From Octopus vulgaris (Eukaryota): DNA of 64,000 nucleotides. The first letter of the stretch is position 1. Each line of letters starts with the position of its first letter. The notes under the pieces were generated by a model. That model did no database searches. It was not told the DNA's origin and saw only the letters and a list, made by a program, of their open reading frames with translations. The translations under genes were made by a program, and so were the position numbers. Where the stretch lies: positions 992,001 to 1,056,000 of the forward strand of contig OX597818.1 in the NCBI GenBank assembly GCA_951406725.2, in the 5' to 3' direction. Below, piece after piece: positions 26,590 to 41,255 of this stretch.

Positions 26590-27283
26590 TGATGAGATTC
26601 ATGTTGCTCTTCATGAAAATTAACACACTAAAATTTTCATCAGACAAGGACGATCTCTAGGCACTGAAAGATGTCCTTGCCCATGGAAGATAAACGTTTA
26701 TTTGAAGCACTGGAAGGGATGGCTGTGTTGAACTTGATGAAAGCAGTATCTGTCAGTAGATTTTTGGAGTTGTTCTCCAACCATTACTAAATTCTGGGCC
26801 TTGTCCTTCAGTGACCTGTAGCTTCTGCTCTCTTTTTGTTGGGTGACACCACTGAAGAAGTCATCTCCCACCTCTTCGTTGTTGCTGCCTCCACTGCTGC
26901 TGCTCACTTCCTCAGACTACTGCCTAATAGCCACTTCGACCTTATCTTCTATGCTTCTCCTCACCTTGGTGAACTTGGTGCTATCGTACCTATCCAACCA
27001 GATGAGGCGAAACCTAGGATAGAAGGCAGCAGTCAGTTGGCATTCCTCATCGTCCAGGAGAATCGCAAATATTTTGTCGATGTCTGCCAAAACTGCGTCG
27101 ACCAAGGGGCGGCAGTAGACAAGTTTTTGGGTTAACGGATTTAAGTTAATGGAAGCTAAATGTAACAGAAGTTAATTAGCCCGATAATGATTTTCAAAGT
27201 TAACTTAAAAGTTAAATCGTTAACGAAAATGTTAACTTCGTTAATTAACGATTAACGAATTAACTGGCTTACGCCCAGCTCTG
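26590..27283 (-). mobile_element. hAT transposon remnant (C-terminal dimerisation region + TIR)
   Basis: Minus strand has AAFYPRFRL.WL and FIKFNTAIPSSAS..RL.S.GKDI....RSSLSDENF..LIFMK.N. The terminus gcccagctctg is preceded by TTAACG subterminal repeats. Confidence 0.75.
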
Positions 27284-28149
27284 TACATATGTATATGTGT
27301 CTGTAGAAGCAGAAACGCCCCACTCACAAAACAAGCAAAATCTTGAGTCATTTCAGCTAATGATACTTACACGTCATTAAATATTTAAATATAAATGCCG
27401 GACATTCGAAACTTGGGAAACAATAAAATCGTGTACGATCTACCACACGCATGCATACATAGATACAAACGCGTGCGCTACAGACTCACAGGCACACATA
27501 AACACAGACAGCCATTGATACACATAGTTACACGCATAAACACGCACACACAGACATAGATACACACACATACATATACACGTACATGTACACACAACAA
27601 TAAATAAGTCGTTTTTTTAAAAAAAATTTGTCAACTGGACAAACTAGCGAATTGGAAACAGAGTCAACATGAGTGGCATTATAGTTATATCACATCCATC
27701 CATCCATGCATACATGCATACACACACACACACACACACACACACAAATACATACATACATATATATATATATATCCACAAACATATACTTACACAGGCA
27801 TATACAGTAATATTCACTCAGACATACACACATGCACACACATACAGCCGGTTATACACACCCACCGTCAAAATAATATTTATATAAGTTTTAAATTGCT
27901 GCAAAGGTTATTCGACGGATATGAAAGGCCATTATAATAAACCGCAAACTCGTTCAACATAAAATTGTTCTGGAGAGTTCTTTGTATTGTGATGTATGAA
28001 GGTTGAACAAATAACAAGACTTAAAGATAAAATAGCAGCTAAAAACATTAAAATCATCAAAATAAGAGAAACAATTCTTATTTCTCAACACCAATATTTC
28101 TGGACTTCAAATGGAGTCCTTTCTAACAGCATAAATCAGAAATCATAAT

Positions 28150-28800
28150 TCCTCTTCTACACAGAAAATTCTTATTGTGTAGCTTTAACCTACTTCTGGT
28201 GTCTAAAATAATTGCTTTGAAAAATGGTTTCAATCAATATATCTATAAGTTGACATTGAATATCAAAACCAAAGCTTCTCTTTTTAGTTTCTCTGAGACT
28301 TTATCTATTCTTTCTACCATCTTCTAAACATCTTTAACCGCCAGTAGTTGTTTAATTATCTCTGGTTCTGTTTTGAAGATATCTCGCCTCACCATTCTCT
28401 GAAATAAAGACTTTTCCGTCCCAAATGACTAAGTCAGGTCTTTTATGTGTCTACTTGGTAGAAATTTTGATGACAATACTCCACTAATATTCCTTGTGAT
28501 GATATGTAAATATATATTCAATAACAGAAGTGTTGTTTATATTTATTCTAGTGTAGTCTTCTGCATGGATGGCATTGTATATCATTTTAGTAATGACATT
28601 ATGACTCAGTGGGAAGTAGTGCTTTGATGACATTTTTGGACAGCTGCTGACTACATGATTTATGTCCTCCACAGAAGAGTGACATAAGCGACATTTGCGG
28701 TTGCATCTTGGGATTTTAAGGGCTTCGTTAACTCCTTTTGTTCATTTGATATCTCGTAGCTATCACCCGCTCTTGGATTGCAAAAGCATAGCCTTCAGAA
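28150..28800 (-). mobile_element. RLE-type (R4/Dong/NeSL-like) LINE 3' fragment
   Basis: Minus strand EGYAFAIQE, CRLCH..VEDINHVVSSC and HKRPDLVIWD. Paralogous to 31400-32077. Confidence 0.75.
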
Positions 28801-29149
28801 GTGACGCAAAGTAGCTGGGAAAACAAGAACAGAAATTCAGAAAGAAACTACTGCTTGATTAAAAGACAGCTATTCTATCTTAAGATACATTACTGTTGGA
28901 ATGGTCATTGAGAAAACGGTGAAGCAGTCAAGCGTAATTTAAGAGTTGGCGACTTAAGTTCCTGCTACTCTACAAGCAACCTTAGTATAGTCTGGCGCAC
29001 ACTTCTAATAGGATCCTGGAGTTACTGTTTACTATACAAAAAAAAAAAATTCTAAGACTAATATTTTAAATCTTTTCATCCCATATTTGATCATAAAAAT
29101 GCTTAAAGCCATTTACCTATATTCATACATACATACATACATACATACA

Positions 29150-29183
<34 letters not shown>

Positions 29184-29199
29184 CACACACACATACATA

Positions 29200-32180
29200 G
29201 AGAGCACATGAAATCATGTAAAGTTAATTACTGGAATATAAATACTCTTATATACACAGCCGTTATTACTCTTAAAGAACACCAGAACACCTTGGAGAAC
29301 TCTACAGTGAACAAAGTAACGAAATTACTAGACGGAAGCAACCTAGATGGAAAATAAATCTTGAAAGAAACATCAACAACGTGCGCCGCCATATTGGATG
29401 GTTAATTACAGCAATAAGGAGAAAGGAGAAAAATGGGTTTACACCTCACCAACTCTATCTTAGACAAAAATTAACGAAACTTTATGGCAGCTCTTCACAC
29501 CAAGCTTTTTGAGGGAAAGCTAATCCCTTTAAAACATGAACTCTGGACGATGAGCGAGAAACTCCGCTGTTGCATGCGAATTTTTGAACGACCCAGTATC
29601 AATCGCAAGTTTGGGTTGGAACCCATAAGTATTATACAGAAGAAGGAAAGCATTACCATTAAGAAAGCTCCCTCCCAAGAAGATCTACAATTATTCTGGT
29701 CAAAAATTTGCAACGAAAAGAGGGATTTCAACCTGAATGCATCATGGTTAAATACAATTGAGAGGATACTGTACCAACACTAACAATAAAACAGAAAATC
29801 GATGCAGAAACGTTCGCTATAGTAGTAGGCAAACTGCAGAACGGGAAGGCATCTGGAAGGGACCTGATAATTGGATATTGGTACAAGAAGCTGACTTTTT
29901 ATAGAAACCAGTTGATATGTATGTTCAAAAGGACTATGGAAGGTCAGATTGATATACCAAATTGGCTTGCAACAGCAAGAACAAATCTTGTTGTCAAAAA
30001 TCAAATCACTGAGATGGCAGGAAACTACAGGCCTATCGCTTGCCTAAACATTATGTACAAACTGTACACAAGTTGCCTCAACCAATTCCTCTGGGACCAT
30101 TGTGAGTCGAACAACATTGTGACTGATGAACAAGCTGGTGGAAAGAAGTGAGTGTGGGGATGTGCCGAACAACTTTTAATAAACAAAGTTGTACTGTCTG
30201 AAGTAAGAAAACAGCGTAGAAATCTTGTGACATATGGCTTGACTATAGGAAGGCATTTGACTCTATCCTTCATTCATGGCTTTTGAAGTTCCTACACCTG
30301 GCAAAAGCACATACCACCTTAATTGCTACTAAAGAGACACTCACAAAGACATGGATAACAATTCTCACCCTTCCACCTGAGAACAGAATAATTGTTTCAG
30401 ATACTATAAGCATTTCAAAAGGAATATTCCAGGGAAATAGTCTTTCTGTACTTCTTTTTATTTTGGCACTGAGCTCATTATCGTTCCTACTGCAGGAAAC
30501 AAATGGTTACATGCTAGAATCTACAACTGCTAGAAATATCCATGTAATTTCTTGGTAGACGACCTGAAGATTTATGCTAAAAGTGTTAACAATGCCAACA
30601 AACAACTGGAATTAATAACATTTTCAGCTGATGTAGGCATAAAATTTGGCCAGAAGAAATGTTCATATTTGGTTATAGAATGAGGAAAGTCAGTCCCCAA
30701 AACCCAAAACCTGTGCATCAATGGTCTCTTTATCTCCCCCATTCCACACAAAGAATGTTACAAGTACCTAGGCATAGATAAAAATGCATCATATGAAGGC
30801 ACTGTGAATAAAGATAGAGTGACCCGAGAATATTACACCAGACTTAGGAAAATATGACAATCGGGACTCTCCTCTTACAACAAAACAATATCCCACAATG
30901 TATTTGTAGTACCAGTGCTGATACCAACATTTGGGGTACTTGATTGGTCTGCAGAGGAAATCTACTTCATAGATATCAAAACCCGCAAAATCCTGAAAAT
31001 AACTGGAAAGTCCACAGAAATAGTGATGTTGACAGGCTCTAAGAAGAAATGAAGGTGGTAGAGGCCTGAGATCAGTGCAGACGGCCTTCGAATGCCGTAT
31101 GGTATCACTCAGGCAGCACCTTCTGAACAACAGCAGCAAAAATAATATATAAATGCAGTCCTGAAAAGTGAGGTGAGCAACATTGTACAAGTTGGCAGCG
31201 TGCTCCTTAAGAAGCACTCTCACCCTGATGATCACCTACACAGCCCCAAAACAGCTGGGCTCTCTGATCTCAGAAAAGACTTGGATGGAAAGCACTCAGC
31301 ATACAAAAAAAAAAAAAGACTATGCATGGGTATGTTGCCCCGGAAACTTGAAGAAGACAGTAGAATTGACACGAAGCGCAACCTCTCTTGGACACAAGAC
31401 CGCTACATCACATCACACTTTGAAGGCTATGCTTTTGCAATCCAGGAGCAGGAGATGCTACAAAGTACTTGGTGAACAAGAGAGACAGTGACGCTCTTGT
31501 AATCCCAAGGTGCAACTGCATGTGAAGGCTATGTCATGTTTCTGTGGAAAACATCACGCATGTGATTAGCAGCTGCCCTAAAATGTCGTCACGGTACTAC
31601 CTCCCTTTGCGGCACGATGTCGTTGCTAAAACAATTTACAACGCCATCCGCAAAAAATATCCTGAAATAAACTTAGAAAATCCCTCTGTTATGGAATACA
31701 TTCATAAACACCAAATGAAGGAATACTGCTGGAATATTCCCATCAAAACTTCTGTGAAATGTAAACATAACTGGCCGAATATTGTCGTTTGGGACAATAG
31801 AGGTCAACTGCCCTGCAGATATAAATATCTCTTTGAAAATCAAAGTAAAGGAGGATATTTATGGACAACTGCATCCAGCTTCTTTATCCAGACTGAATTC
31901 ATATACATACCAATAATAATTGGAGCACTAGGTTTTGTTAGTAAATGCTTAAAAGAGAATCTGGGTAAACTGAGATCTTCAAAAAGAGAAATCGACCGGC
32001 TAATTCGTACATTACATGTGCAATCTTTGAGTGAAAAAGTAAAAATATGCAAGACTTTTCTCAAGTTCCAAATGTGAATTTGTCTGTGTTAACTACATCC
32101 CAAAGATAGAACCTTGTCTCTTTGTTGGAAACCGGCTCCCTCCTCAGTGGAAGGTTTATAATAATTAAAAAATAGAAGAG
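29200..32180 (+). mobile_element. Decayed R4/Dong-like LINE (RT, CCHC, restriction-like endonuclease)
   Basis: NYRPIACLNIMYKLYT, GIFQGNSLS, FLVDDLKIYA, YKYLGI, GGRGLRS, LCH...ENITHVISSC, RHDVVA and PNIVVWD, with multiple stops and frameshifts. Flanked by (TACA)n. Confidence 0.85.
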
Positions 32181-32181
32181 A

Positions 32182-32397
32182 CATACATACATACATAGAC
32201 ACATAGACACATACATGCATAATGCATGCATACATGCATACATACATACATACATACATACATACATACATACATACATACATACATACATACATAGACA
32301 CATACATACATACAAACATATATACATACATACATACATACATAATTACATACATACATACACGCATACATACATACATACATACATACATACATAA

Positions 32398-32428
<31 letters not shown>

Positions 32429-32449
32429 CATACATACATACATACATAA

Positions 32450-32480
<31 letters not shown>

Positions 32481-32629
32481 CATACATACATACATACATA
32501 CATACATACATACATACATACATACATACATACATACATACATACATACATACATACATACATACATACATACATACATAATTACATACATACATACACG
32601 CATACATACATACATACATACATACATAA

Positions 32630-32660
<31 letters not shown>

Positions 32661-32745
32661 CATACATACATACATACATACATACATACATACATACATA
32701 CATACATACATACATACATACATACATACATACATACATACATAA

Positions 32746-32776
<31 letters not shown>

Positions 32777-32869
32777 CATACATACATACATACATACATA
32801 CATACATACATACATACATACATACATACATACATACATAATTACATACATACATACATACATACATAA

Positions 32870-32900
<31 letters not shown>

Positions 32901-32901
32901 A

Positions 32902-32932
<31 letters not shown>

Positions 32933-32981
32933 CATACATACATACATACATACATACATACAAACATAATTACATACATAC
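32182..32981. repeat. ~800-bp (TACA)n microsatellite with interspersed TAAT and CG variants
   Basis: Direct reading of the sequence. Confidence 0.97.
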
Positions 32982-33014
32982 AAATCAAATCAAATCAAAT
33001 CAAACCAAATCAAA

Positions 33015-33366
33015 ATAGATGAACATCAATGGAATTTGTATCTTTGTGGTACCAGTGCCGGTGGCACATAAGAAAACCATCCGAACGTGACCGTAGTCAG
33101 TACCGCATCGACTGGCCTCCGTGCTGTGGGCACGTAACAAACACCATCCGATCGTGGCCGTACGCCAGCCTCGTCTGGCACCTGTGTCGGTGGCACATAA
33201 AATCACCCACTACACTCTCGGAGTGGTTGGCGTTAGGAAGGGCATCCAGCTGTTGAAACACTGCCAGATCTGACTGGCCTGGTGCAGCCTTCGGGCTCCC
33301 CAGATCCCAGTTGAACCGTCCAACCCATGCTAGCATGGAAAACGGATGCTAAATGATGATGATGAT
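33015..33366 (+). mobile_element. SINE-like repeat with (GAT)n tail
   Basis: Contains ggttggcgttaggaagggcatccagc, a terminal hairpin ccatgctagcatgg and a (GAT)n tail. Confidence 0.7.
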
Positions 33367-33374
33367 ACATATGA

Positions 33375-33700
33375 TTGAATTCTCATTTGTACCTATTATT
33401 ATTGGTGCATTAGGTTATGTACCAACAAATTTGCACTAAAACCTATAAATACTCGGTTTCTTGGATAAAAAACAAATGAAATTGACGCGGATTCTCCAAA
33501 TCTAATCTCTTAGTGACACAGTGAAGATTTGTAAGACATCCCCAAATTCTCCATCCGAGATTCTTATGTGAATAGATGTACACAGTTCAACCAATACACC
33601 AACTCAACTACATATCTACAAACATCAAGAACTCTCTTAACTCAAAAAGTTTAGTTGCTTTGTTAGCGACCGGCTTGAACTCTTTGAAGAATAACTTAAA
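33375..33700 (+). mobile_element. Second RLE-LINE 3' end fragment
   Basis: PIIIGALGYVP...TVKICKT matches the end of ORF 31544-32077. Confidence 0.65.
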
Positions 33701-33719
33701 TTAAACTCAAAGAAAAATT

Positions 33720-34050
33720 GAGTGGCTGTGTGGTAAGTAGCTTGTTTACCAGCCACATGGTTCCGAGTTCAGTCCCACTGCGTGACACCTTGGGCAAGTG
33801 TCTTCTATTATAGCCGCGGGCCGACCAAAGCCTTGTGAGTGGATTTGGTTGATGGAAACTGAAAGAAGCCCGTCGTATATATGCATCTATATATATATGC
33901 GTGTGTGTGTTTTTCCCCATAGCATTGCTTGACAACCGATGCTGGTGTGTTTATGTCCCCGTTACTCAGCGGTTCGGCAAAAGAAACCGATAGAATAAGT
34001 ACTGGGCTTACAAAAGAATAAGTCCCAGGGTCGAGTTGCTCGATTAAAGA
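33720..34050 (+). mobile_element. CORE-type tRNA SINE
   Basis: A box tggctgtgtggt, B box-like gagttcagtccc and CORE-like gacaccttgggcaagt. Degenerate relatives lie near 19275, 35290-35780, 38300-38520, 41930-42160 and 57340-57540. Confidence 0.8.
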
Positions 34051-34544
34051 AACAAGTAAAAGAGTAAAAGAGTAAAAGAGTATACATACACACATAATGC
34101 ACACACACTCACATACACCTTCCCACCCTCACACACACACACACACACACACATTCACACACACACTCTCACACACGCACAAACATTCATTCCTACATTT
34201 AAACTCAGCAGCTTCACTTTGAAATCCTTACATAAGCAAATTTAAGTAGATTATAGTAGAATTTTAAAAAATATAATGGACCACGCCTAAGTAAATTAAT
34301 TCTACGCTTATCCTAACCTATTCTCCTTGGCTGGAGGAGAAAATGCAGAATAACATCAATAATACTAAGAAATTCTTTCTATATCCAAGCAATGCTACTT
34401 TTTAAATAATCTATTCTTTAAAAAGAACAGATATTGTTTTTCTGCAGCGTCACACATTTATGAGGTGAGTGAGATAGAAAGATAATAAAAGAGACTGAAT
34501 GATGGAGAATGAGGAGGAGGGCTAGAGTAGGAGAGATACTATGT

Positions 34545-34607
<63 letters not shown>

Positions 34608-35789
34608 TGAGAGAGAGATTGTGAAAGTATTTTATCCTTACTCCCAAGAGTGACAGGGTGAAAAGAATTAATTCCTAACAATTTCCAGCTGAGAAAAAAA
34701 AGCAAAAGTGATATAAAGGAATTAATGAGGAGACTATGTGAAAAAAAGGTTTCAACAAAAATAATAATAATAAACAACAAATAAAAAAGTCTATCGGTAG
34801 ATTTATTCATCGTATAACCTCTGTTGTTCATTTCGTGTGAAGAAGGTGGAACGGGTTGAAATAGAAGCTCTTCTGATGTTAGTTAAATGCATAATTCTAG
34901 CCAAGAGCTGGCTATTTGCCAATTGTAAATGCCAACCAAACAGTAATAATACTTAGTATGCCTTAATGGCTACAGAATGTAATTCAGTATTCTCTTAGGA
35001 TATACCCTCTCCTGTTAACATACCTGCATTCTCTAGTTTATAATGTTTTATTTCTAACAAACTGATATCGTTAGTATCAGGCGTCAGAAGAAATTTTATG
35101 TGTTTTATCCTTTGTTAAACTAAATCTCACGAGAATTCATAACAACAAACCTTAAACAATCTAATTTTGCTGACTTCTGAGTATTGGAGTATCTGAGCAC
35201 CGACTGGGAGTAATACATTATAAATTAATATGGCAAGGCTAGTGTGGCTTTGAGGTGAAAAAAATTGTATTATTGTTATTATTGATATCATGGTTTGAGT
35301 TCAAATTATGTTGAGGTTGACTTTAACTTTCATCCTTTTAGGGTCGATAAATTAAGTAACAGTTGAGTACTGGGCTGGCTGACGTACCTTCTTCGAAATT
35401 GTCGCCTTGGGCCAAAATTTGAAACCCTTTTCAATATCATGACGAAGAAAACAGAAATAGTAATGTTTTTAAAACAACTGTAATAATAATCCTTTTTGCC
35501 GTAGGCACAAGGCCTGAAATATTGACCTCATGGCTCAACAGGTACTTAATTTATCGAACCCGAAAGGTGAAAGACAAAATCGACCTCGGTGGAATTTGAA
35601 CTCAACGTAAAGACTAACGAAATGCCGCTAAGCATTTTGTCCGGCGTGCTAACGATTCTGCCAGCTTGCTGCCTTATTCAACCGCAATAATGATAATAAT
35701 GGTTTCAAATTTTGGCACAAGGCCAGCAATTTTGGGAAGGGGATAAGCCGATTATATCAATTTCAGTGATCAACTGGTACACCTCTTCT

Positions 35790-36290
35790 ATCAGCTAGTC
35801 CCACACAAACCAAGATGTGTATCCAGAATGGCTTTCCAATCGCTCTCTAGCACTAAAGAGCTGGACGTTGTTAGGAAAATCTCCAAATGCCTGCAGAAAT
35901 TCGGCTGCTTTGCCCCAGTCGAAGCATACATAGCGACTAATCTAAAGGCACCACCTTCGCTACTAAGCATGTCAAAGACCACCGTCCGTGTTCAGGAAAA
36001 TAGATCGTATCTTGAGGTCCAGGCTTTTCCTTCTTCAAGGGTAATCCACATGCTATATACAGTCACACTACCTACTCTGAGTACGATTACATTTGAAAAG
36101 AGAGAGGAGAGTGAGAAGAAACAGATATGGAAGGACAGATGTTCCTTCCATCCGGGTCTTTGGCGATCCGTTTGGATCCATAGCTCAAACCCTTGGCCCG
36201 ATCAATTTTGTATCTGCTGCCTTTGGATTTGCAGAGTATTAGTTTTGTCGTCTATAGTAAAGAGTACAGCCATCACCAGCTAGTAGGTGT
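35790..36290 (-). mobile_element. Tx1/L1-type APE endonuclease fragment
   Basis: GGAFRLVAMYAST...LVLESDWKAILD resembles the APE YAP and GDFN motifs. Degenerate. Confidence 0.6.
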
Positions 36291-39214
36291 TTATTTCTGG
36301 GGGCATGCAGATTATCTTTATTTTAACTACAGTACGGCCAGGGTAGATTGGTATGGGGATCATTTCCTCACTCCTTATCAATTTACTGTGGCTTCATTCT
36401 CTGTAGAGATTTTCCCCTCTACTGTGCCGTACCTTTTTTTTTTACCCTGGCGACTTGTGGTTTGGTGCTCCAGAATTCGTCTGAATGCATTTCAATTTGC
36501 TGTTATGTCACCTGCTCTATTTTCTTACTTTTTGCTGCTAAGGTTTTATACGCCACAGTTCTGAAGTTTGTTTCTTGCTGGATGGATTCCGTGATGTTGA
36601 ATGCAACATTTCATCCAAATTTTGTGAAAATACTTTTCACAATTTTAAATTTTTCCAACGTTAAAATAATGTCATCTGTTTGGTTGGTTGCATCGGCGAC
36701 CTCGCTAATGCTAGATTTGCAAGTTAAGTTTAATTATTTTGTGACAGCAACCTTTTCTTGAAAACACAACAACAGCAGCAGCAGTAGCAACAACAACAAC
36801 AACAATAATAGTAATATTCAAACCCCACAAAGTAAATGTTTTTTTTTTAAATGATGACAGTTATTGGCATTTGGTAAAAGTAACAAATAGCGGTTCGGGA
36901 CTCAGTTTTTATTATTTTAAGTAACAGTCACTAAAATTAGCCCTTAACAGTTAATATAGTTACTAATACTGGACATTAAAATAAAAGAATTATATTCAGT
37001 TGGAAATATATGCCTATAGAGATCGAAGGAAGCACTGGATTTCGTCAAATCTGTTTATTTTTTGTTTCATTTTTCTCATACGAGAAATTTCTCATTATTT
37101 GGTGAAAGTTGGATTCTAAAAAGGAACCGTAATCAGGTTTTGGCCACATTTGAACCACCTCGTTCAAGTTTCCTGTTTAGAACCACAGCCTAGTTATATC
37201 ACCATAAAAAGCATGACCGGCTTCTTGAAAGAACAGAACGCCTACGTAAATGTTTACCAGCCAATCAGCGACGGCTGACATGTATCAGTCAACGGCGGTA
37301 AATATTAAAGAAAAGTTATGAAAGCTTCCCGCTAAATTATATTTCGAAAGTTTTCAGAAGTCTTGTCCAGGTTTATAAAATGTTGGCACCGTGAAACCCA
37401 CACTAGAACCAACTCAGGTTCCATACAGACCCTTGTCTCTTTGTTCCTCGAAACGTGCTTTCATTTCCTATTTGTCCTGATATGACATACACTGAAAATG
37501 CATGTTTGACAAAGGCAAATTATCCTTGTGTTTCAATGTCGTCATACATACATACATCCGTTATTTTCTTTATCTCCTACATTGTAAATCTTTAAGCATT
37601 ACAGCTTTACAGAAATGTTCATCAATGTAATATAGTTGAACAAGTATAAACTGTTTAATAAACTGTTAAATAAACTGTTTAATAAATGTATGGAAATATT
37701 ATTTTGAGCGGTCATTCTTGTCTACGGACACAGCTTCTTACCTGATTATTCACCACAATATAATCACCACTCTACAGAATGATACACAACAAACCATGCT
37801 GATGACTCACTCCCCTATTTAAAAACGATTTTGTTTGCTTAACCTTATGTTGATAACCCGAAATTATCTCTCTGTGTTTTAAAAATTGAGCTATATATGT
37901 AAGGATCCAATATGCCTTATCTATTGAACTCGCTTCTGTACAGGCAATAAGTCCTGAATCATTTTTAGAGTCAAACATTAACTCGAAAACTAATAGCTAT
38001 GGAAAATTCTGTAGAAATACATAAAGTAGAATTGCATGCTCATTTAATCTCTCATCACAACGACAATCATCATGACAATTATCACGTTAGCTTTAACTTT
38101 TGAACCGTGACGAAATAGTTTAACCTATTCTGTGAGGTGCTGTAGAGAGTACATTGAGTATAGCGCTACACAAAAGGATCTCAGTTCGAATCTTTATGAG
38201 TATGATAAAATGAGTACCATGTTTCTCTCTCTAGATGTATAGCTTTCTCATAATCTAGATAGTCATCTTTGTATTTCGGAAATCGGTGATGTAATAGCAA
38301 TTTCTAATTTAGGAACAAAACCCATAATTTTATAGAGAAGGGATTAATCGGTTAAATTAATCCCAGCATTAGACTGGTACTTTATTTTATCCACTTCGGA
38401 AAGATGTAAGGTAAAGTTGTCCTGCGTGGGATTTGAACTAAGAATGTAAAGAGCCATAAATATATGCTTCAAGGTATTTTGTCGACACTTCAGCAGTTCC
38501 ACTAATCTACTGCCTTTGGAGATGTAATATCAAGAAAGATTTGACTGAGATATGGCAAGAGTTAGTTGGTTTTATTGTTGAAGAAGCTGCCATATTTATT
38601 TCTCTACATAGTATAAGCCACTCGATCGTTTCACGATGGCATATGGTGACGGGAAAGGAGGGCTGATATTCTCAATCGACTCCACTTTCTCACTTCCACT
38701 TTCTTCAACATTAATGACTTACATCAACACGCACCCCTTTCAAAATGATATTATTTCCCGTTCTTTAACGTTCAACACACAAATATCCCTACATAGCCTA
38801 GACATTTCTCACCACACTTGCCCCATTTCCTAAAAACATTATCTATCGCCAACATAGTTTATTTCAACACAAGCCAACAAACATTACTACGTAGCAAAGA
38901 AACACTATCTCAACAATACATTCTCTTTACTCCTGATTATAACATATAAATCAAACATTACTATTAAACATTATAATTAAGCTCCCTTCATAATTACAAA
39001 TGCCAAAATCTCTGATTACCTTTCATAATGATTCATCTTAAACAAAACTGCGCCTCCAAAACGAAGTGATGCTTTCAGAGCCAGAAAAGTCTTCAGTCCT
39101 GTTCAGTTGCTGATCTTCTACAAAGCACATGTACAATACATATTAAAGTACAGATCAAATATTGGGATCAGTGCTCTCATTTATACGAGTGTACACACGC
39201 ACACATACAAATAG

Positions 39215-39335
<121 letters not shown>

Positions 39336-41064
39336 CATGCATACTCACAATTACACACATTGTAAGTTGTTTTAAAATAAACTAATCTTGCTGAAAATCG
39401 AAGAACTGCTGATTCACACACACTAGATTCACAACCCCAAACACTATCTCTGTTTCTTTCACTGCTACTGTAATGGCTTCTATTCCTCTGAACTAGACTG
39501 AATGTATCATCACCATTTGCTCATCCAATTCGTTATGTTGCTACTTCCTATTCGTTATGTTGCTATTTCTCACTCTACAAATCCTGCACAAACCAATTAA
39601 TTACCCTACTTCCTTATCAAGAACCGCGTTAAATGGAACTCCACGTCAGCTTAACCATCCTGGGAAGCTCGGAGATATGCAAAGTAATCTAGGAATGAGA
39701 TAACCAGACCAAGGCTGTATTTCTGATGCTGCCACTCTATAACGTCTGGTCATCAACGACTGCAAAGTATTATATATCAACATGTTCTTTCCACGGGAGT
39801 GCCCACAGCTAGTCGTTCAACCTGGTTGAAACAGCAGATAAATTCACTCAAATATACCCTAACGTTACAAGAAAAAAAAAAAAGAAAACGTTAGTCATTG
39901 TAGTTCTTGATGAACAAACTGACGGGGTGGTCATAGATGGAACAACTTTGATCAAAGGCTGACTTATTCAGGACAGGACAAAGGTTAACACCAACAGTAA
40001 TTCCTTTCAGATAACCCATCCTCTTTTGCAAATACTGCGTCATTACCAGTAGAAAAAAAAAACACTTTATAGAAAAGCTGTCTCCTTGAAAAATACCTTT
40101 GAAATATTGTGTACCTCATCAGAGACGATCTCTGTGTTTGTAAGAGTATAATTTATGTGTTTTATCAGAGGGAACTGTTATCATGTTGCTCTTGTTTTAT
40201 TGTACAGAAACAATCCGATTCTTATCCGAATGCTCTTCACATTGAGCCACTCTTCAGATTTTGTATCTTCTACGCCTCAAATACATGCAAGCATATTTAG
40301 ACACCCTTTCTCTCTTCCGCTTTCAGACAAATATTTATGTATCTATATATCTAACCTAATATTAAATAGTTGTGTGAGCCTAAGTGTAAGTTAGAATGAA
40401 AGATTTTTTGGCGATAGAGAAATATATTCCATCTGGAAGCAATTATAAATTATATCTTTGTAGTGTAAAAATAAATACCCACACTAATGATAAATATAGA
40501 ATCCAGCAATTAACAACGGAATGGGTTGCATTTTTACTACAATTTTATCAGATCGTCGTCTATGTGACCTACTTTGACTTTTGTCCTCCCAACGGTAAAA
40601 AATATGCCTTATTCCCATATGTGATTTTAAGAAATCATACATAAACACATGCTTGCTTACAAACATAGTCTTCCACTCAAAAGCGCGCGTGCACACACAC
40701 CTCTCACACAACACGGGAGATAAAGTTCATTAGTATTTATTTAAATTTTGCTTTATAATTGTTTAAACATATCAAAATGAAGAGATTCAAAGAAGCTTTT
40801 GGTTAGATGAAAATATGGACCGATATGTTATCCTTACCGATATTTTTTCCTAACAAGAGCAACATACCTAGAAATGATGCTAACAAATAAACGGACTGTT
40901 ATATTAATATAAAATAGCTGGCTTTATAAAGTTGTGTGCAATAAACAACATTGATAACATGGAGTTATATGCATTAAGCATCATTGTTGTACGTCATCAC
41001 TACAGTCAGCCACTTGCCAAGATATCAGAGAATATCTGAAAATAAAACTACTGTAAAACATCAT

Positions 41065-41255
41065 GTATATAAATCATGATATTAGGTGTGTATATAATAT
41101 ATGGTATTAAAAGCGTGTATAGTATATGGTATCGGGTATGTGTCTAATATACGGTATTGGGGATGTGTATAATACATGTAATTAGGTGTGTGCACAGTAC
41201 ATGGTATTAGAAGTGTGTATAATACATGGTATAAAGGATGTGTACAATACATGTG
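41065..41255. repeat. Degenerate minisatellite, ~26-bp unit, ~7 copies
   Basis: Recurring TATAATACATGGTATTAGGTGTGTG-like units. Confidence 0.8.

Noticed and set aside
32061-32963. Long MYVCMYVC / HTYIHTYI ORFs (also at 42.0, 45.0, 53.2-53.9, 57.6 and 60.6 kb)
   Set aside because: These are translations of (TACA)n and (TA)n microsatellites, not genes.
37140-37400. CpG-containing segment with CCAATCAG, possible host promoter (similar at 63520-63700)
   Set aside because: No associated exon or ORF could be identified.
40070-40130. Minus-strand gtct CTGATGA ... GAGA cagct half-hammerhead resembling the 20.4-kb family
   Set aside because: GAAA is broken, and there is no cleavage triplet or 3' strand of stem I.
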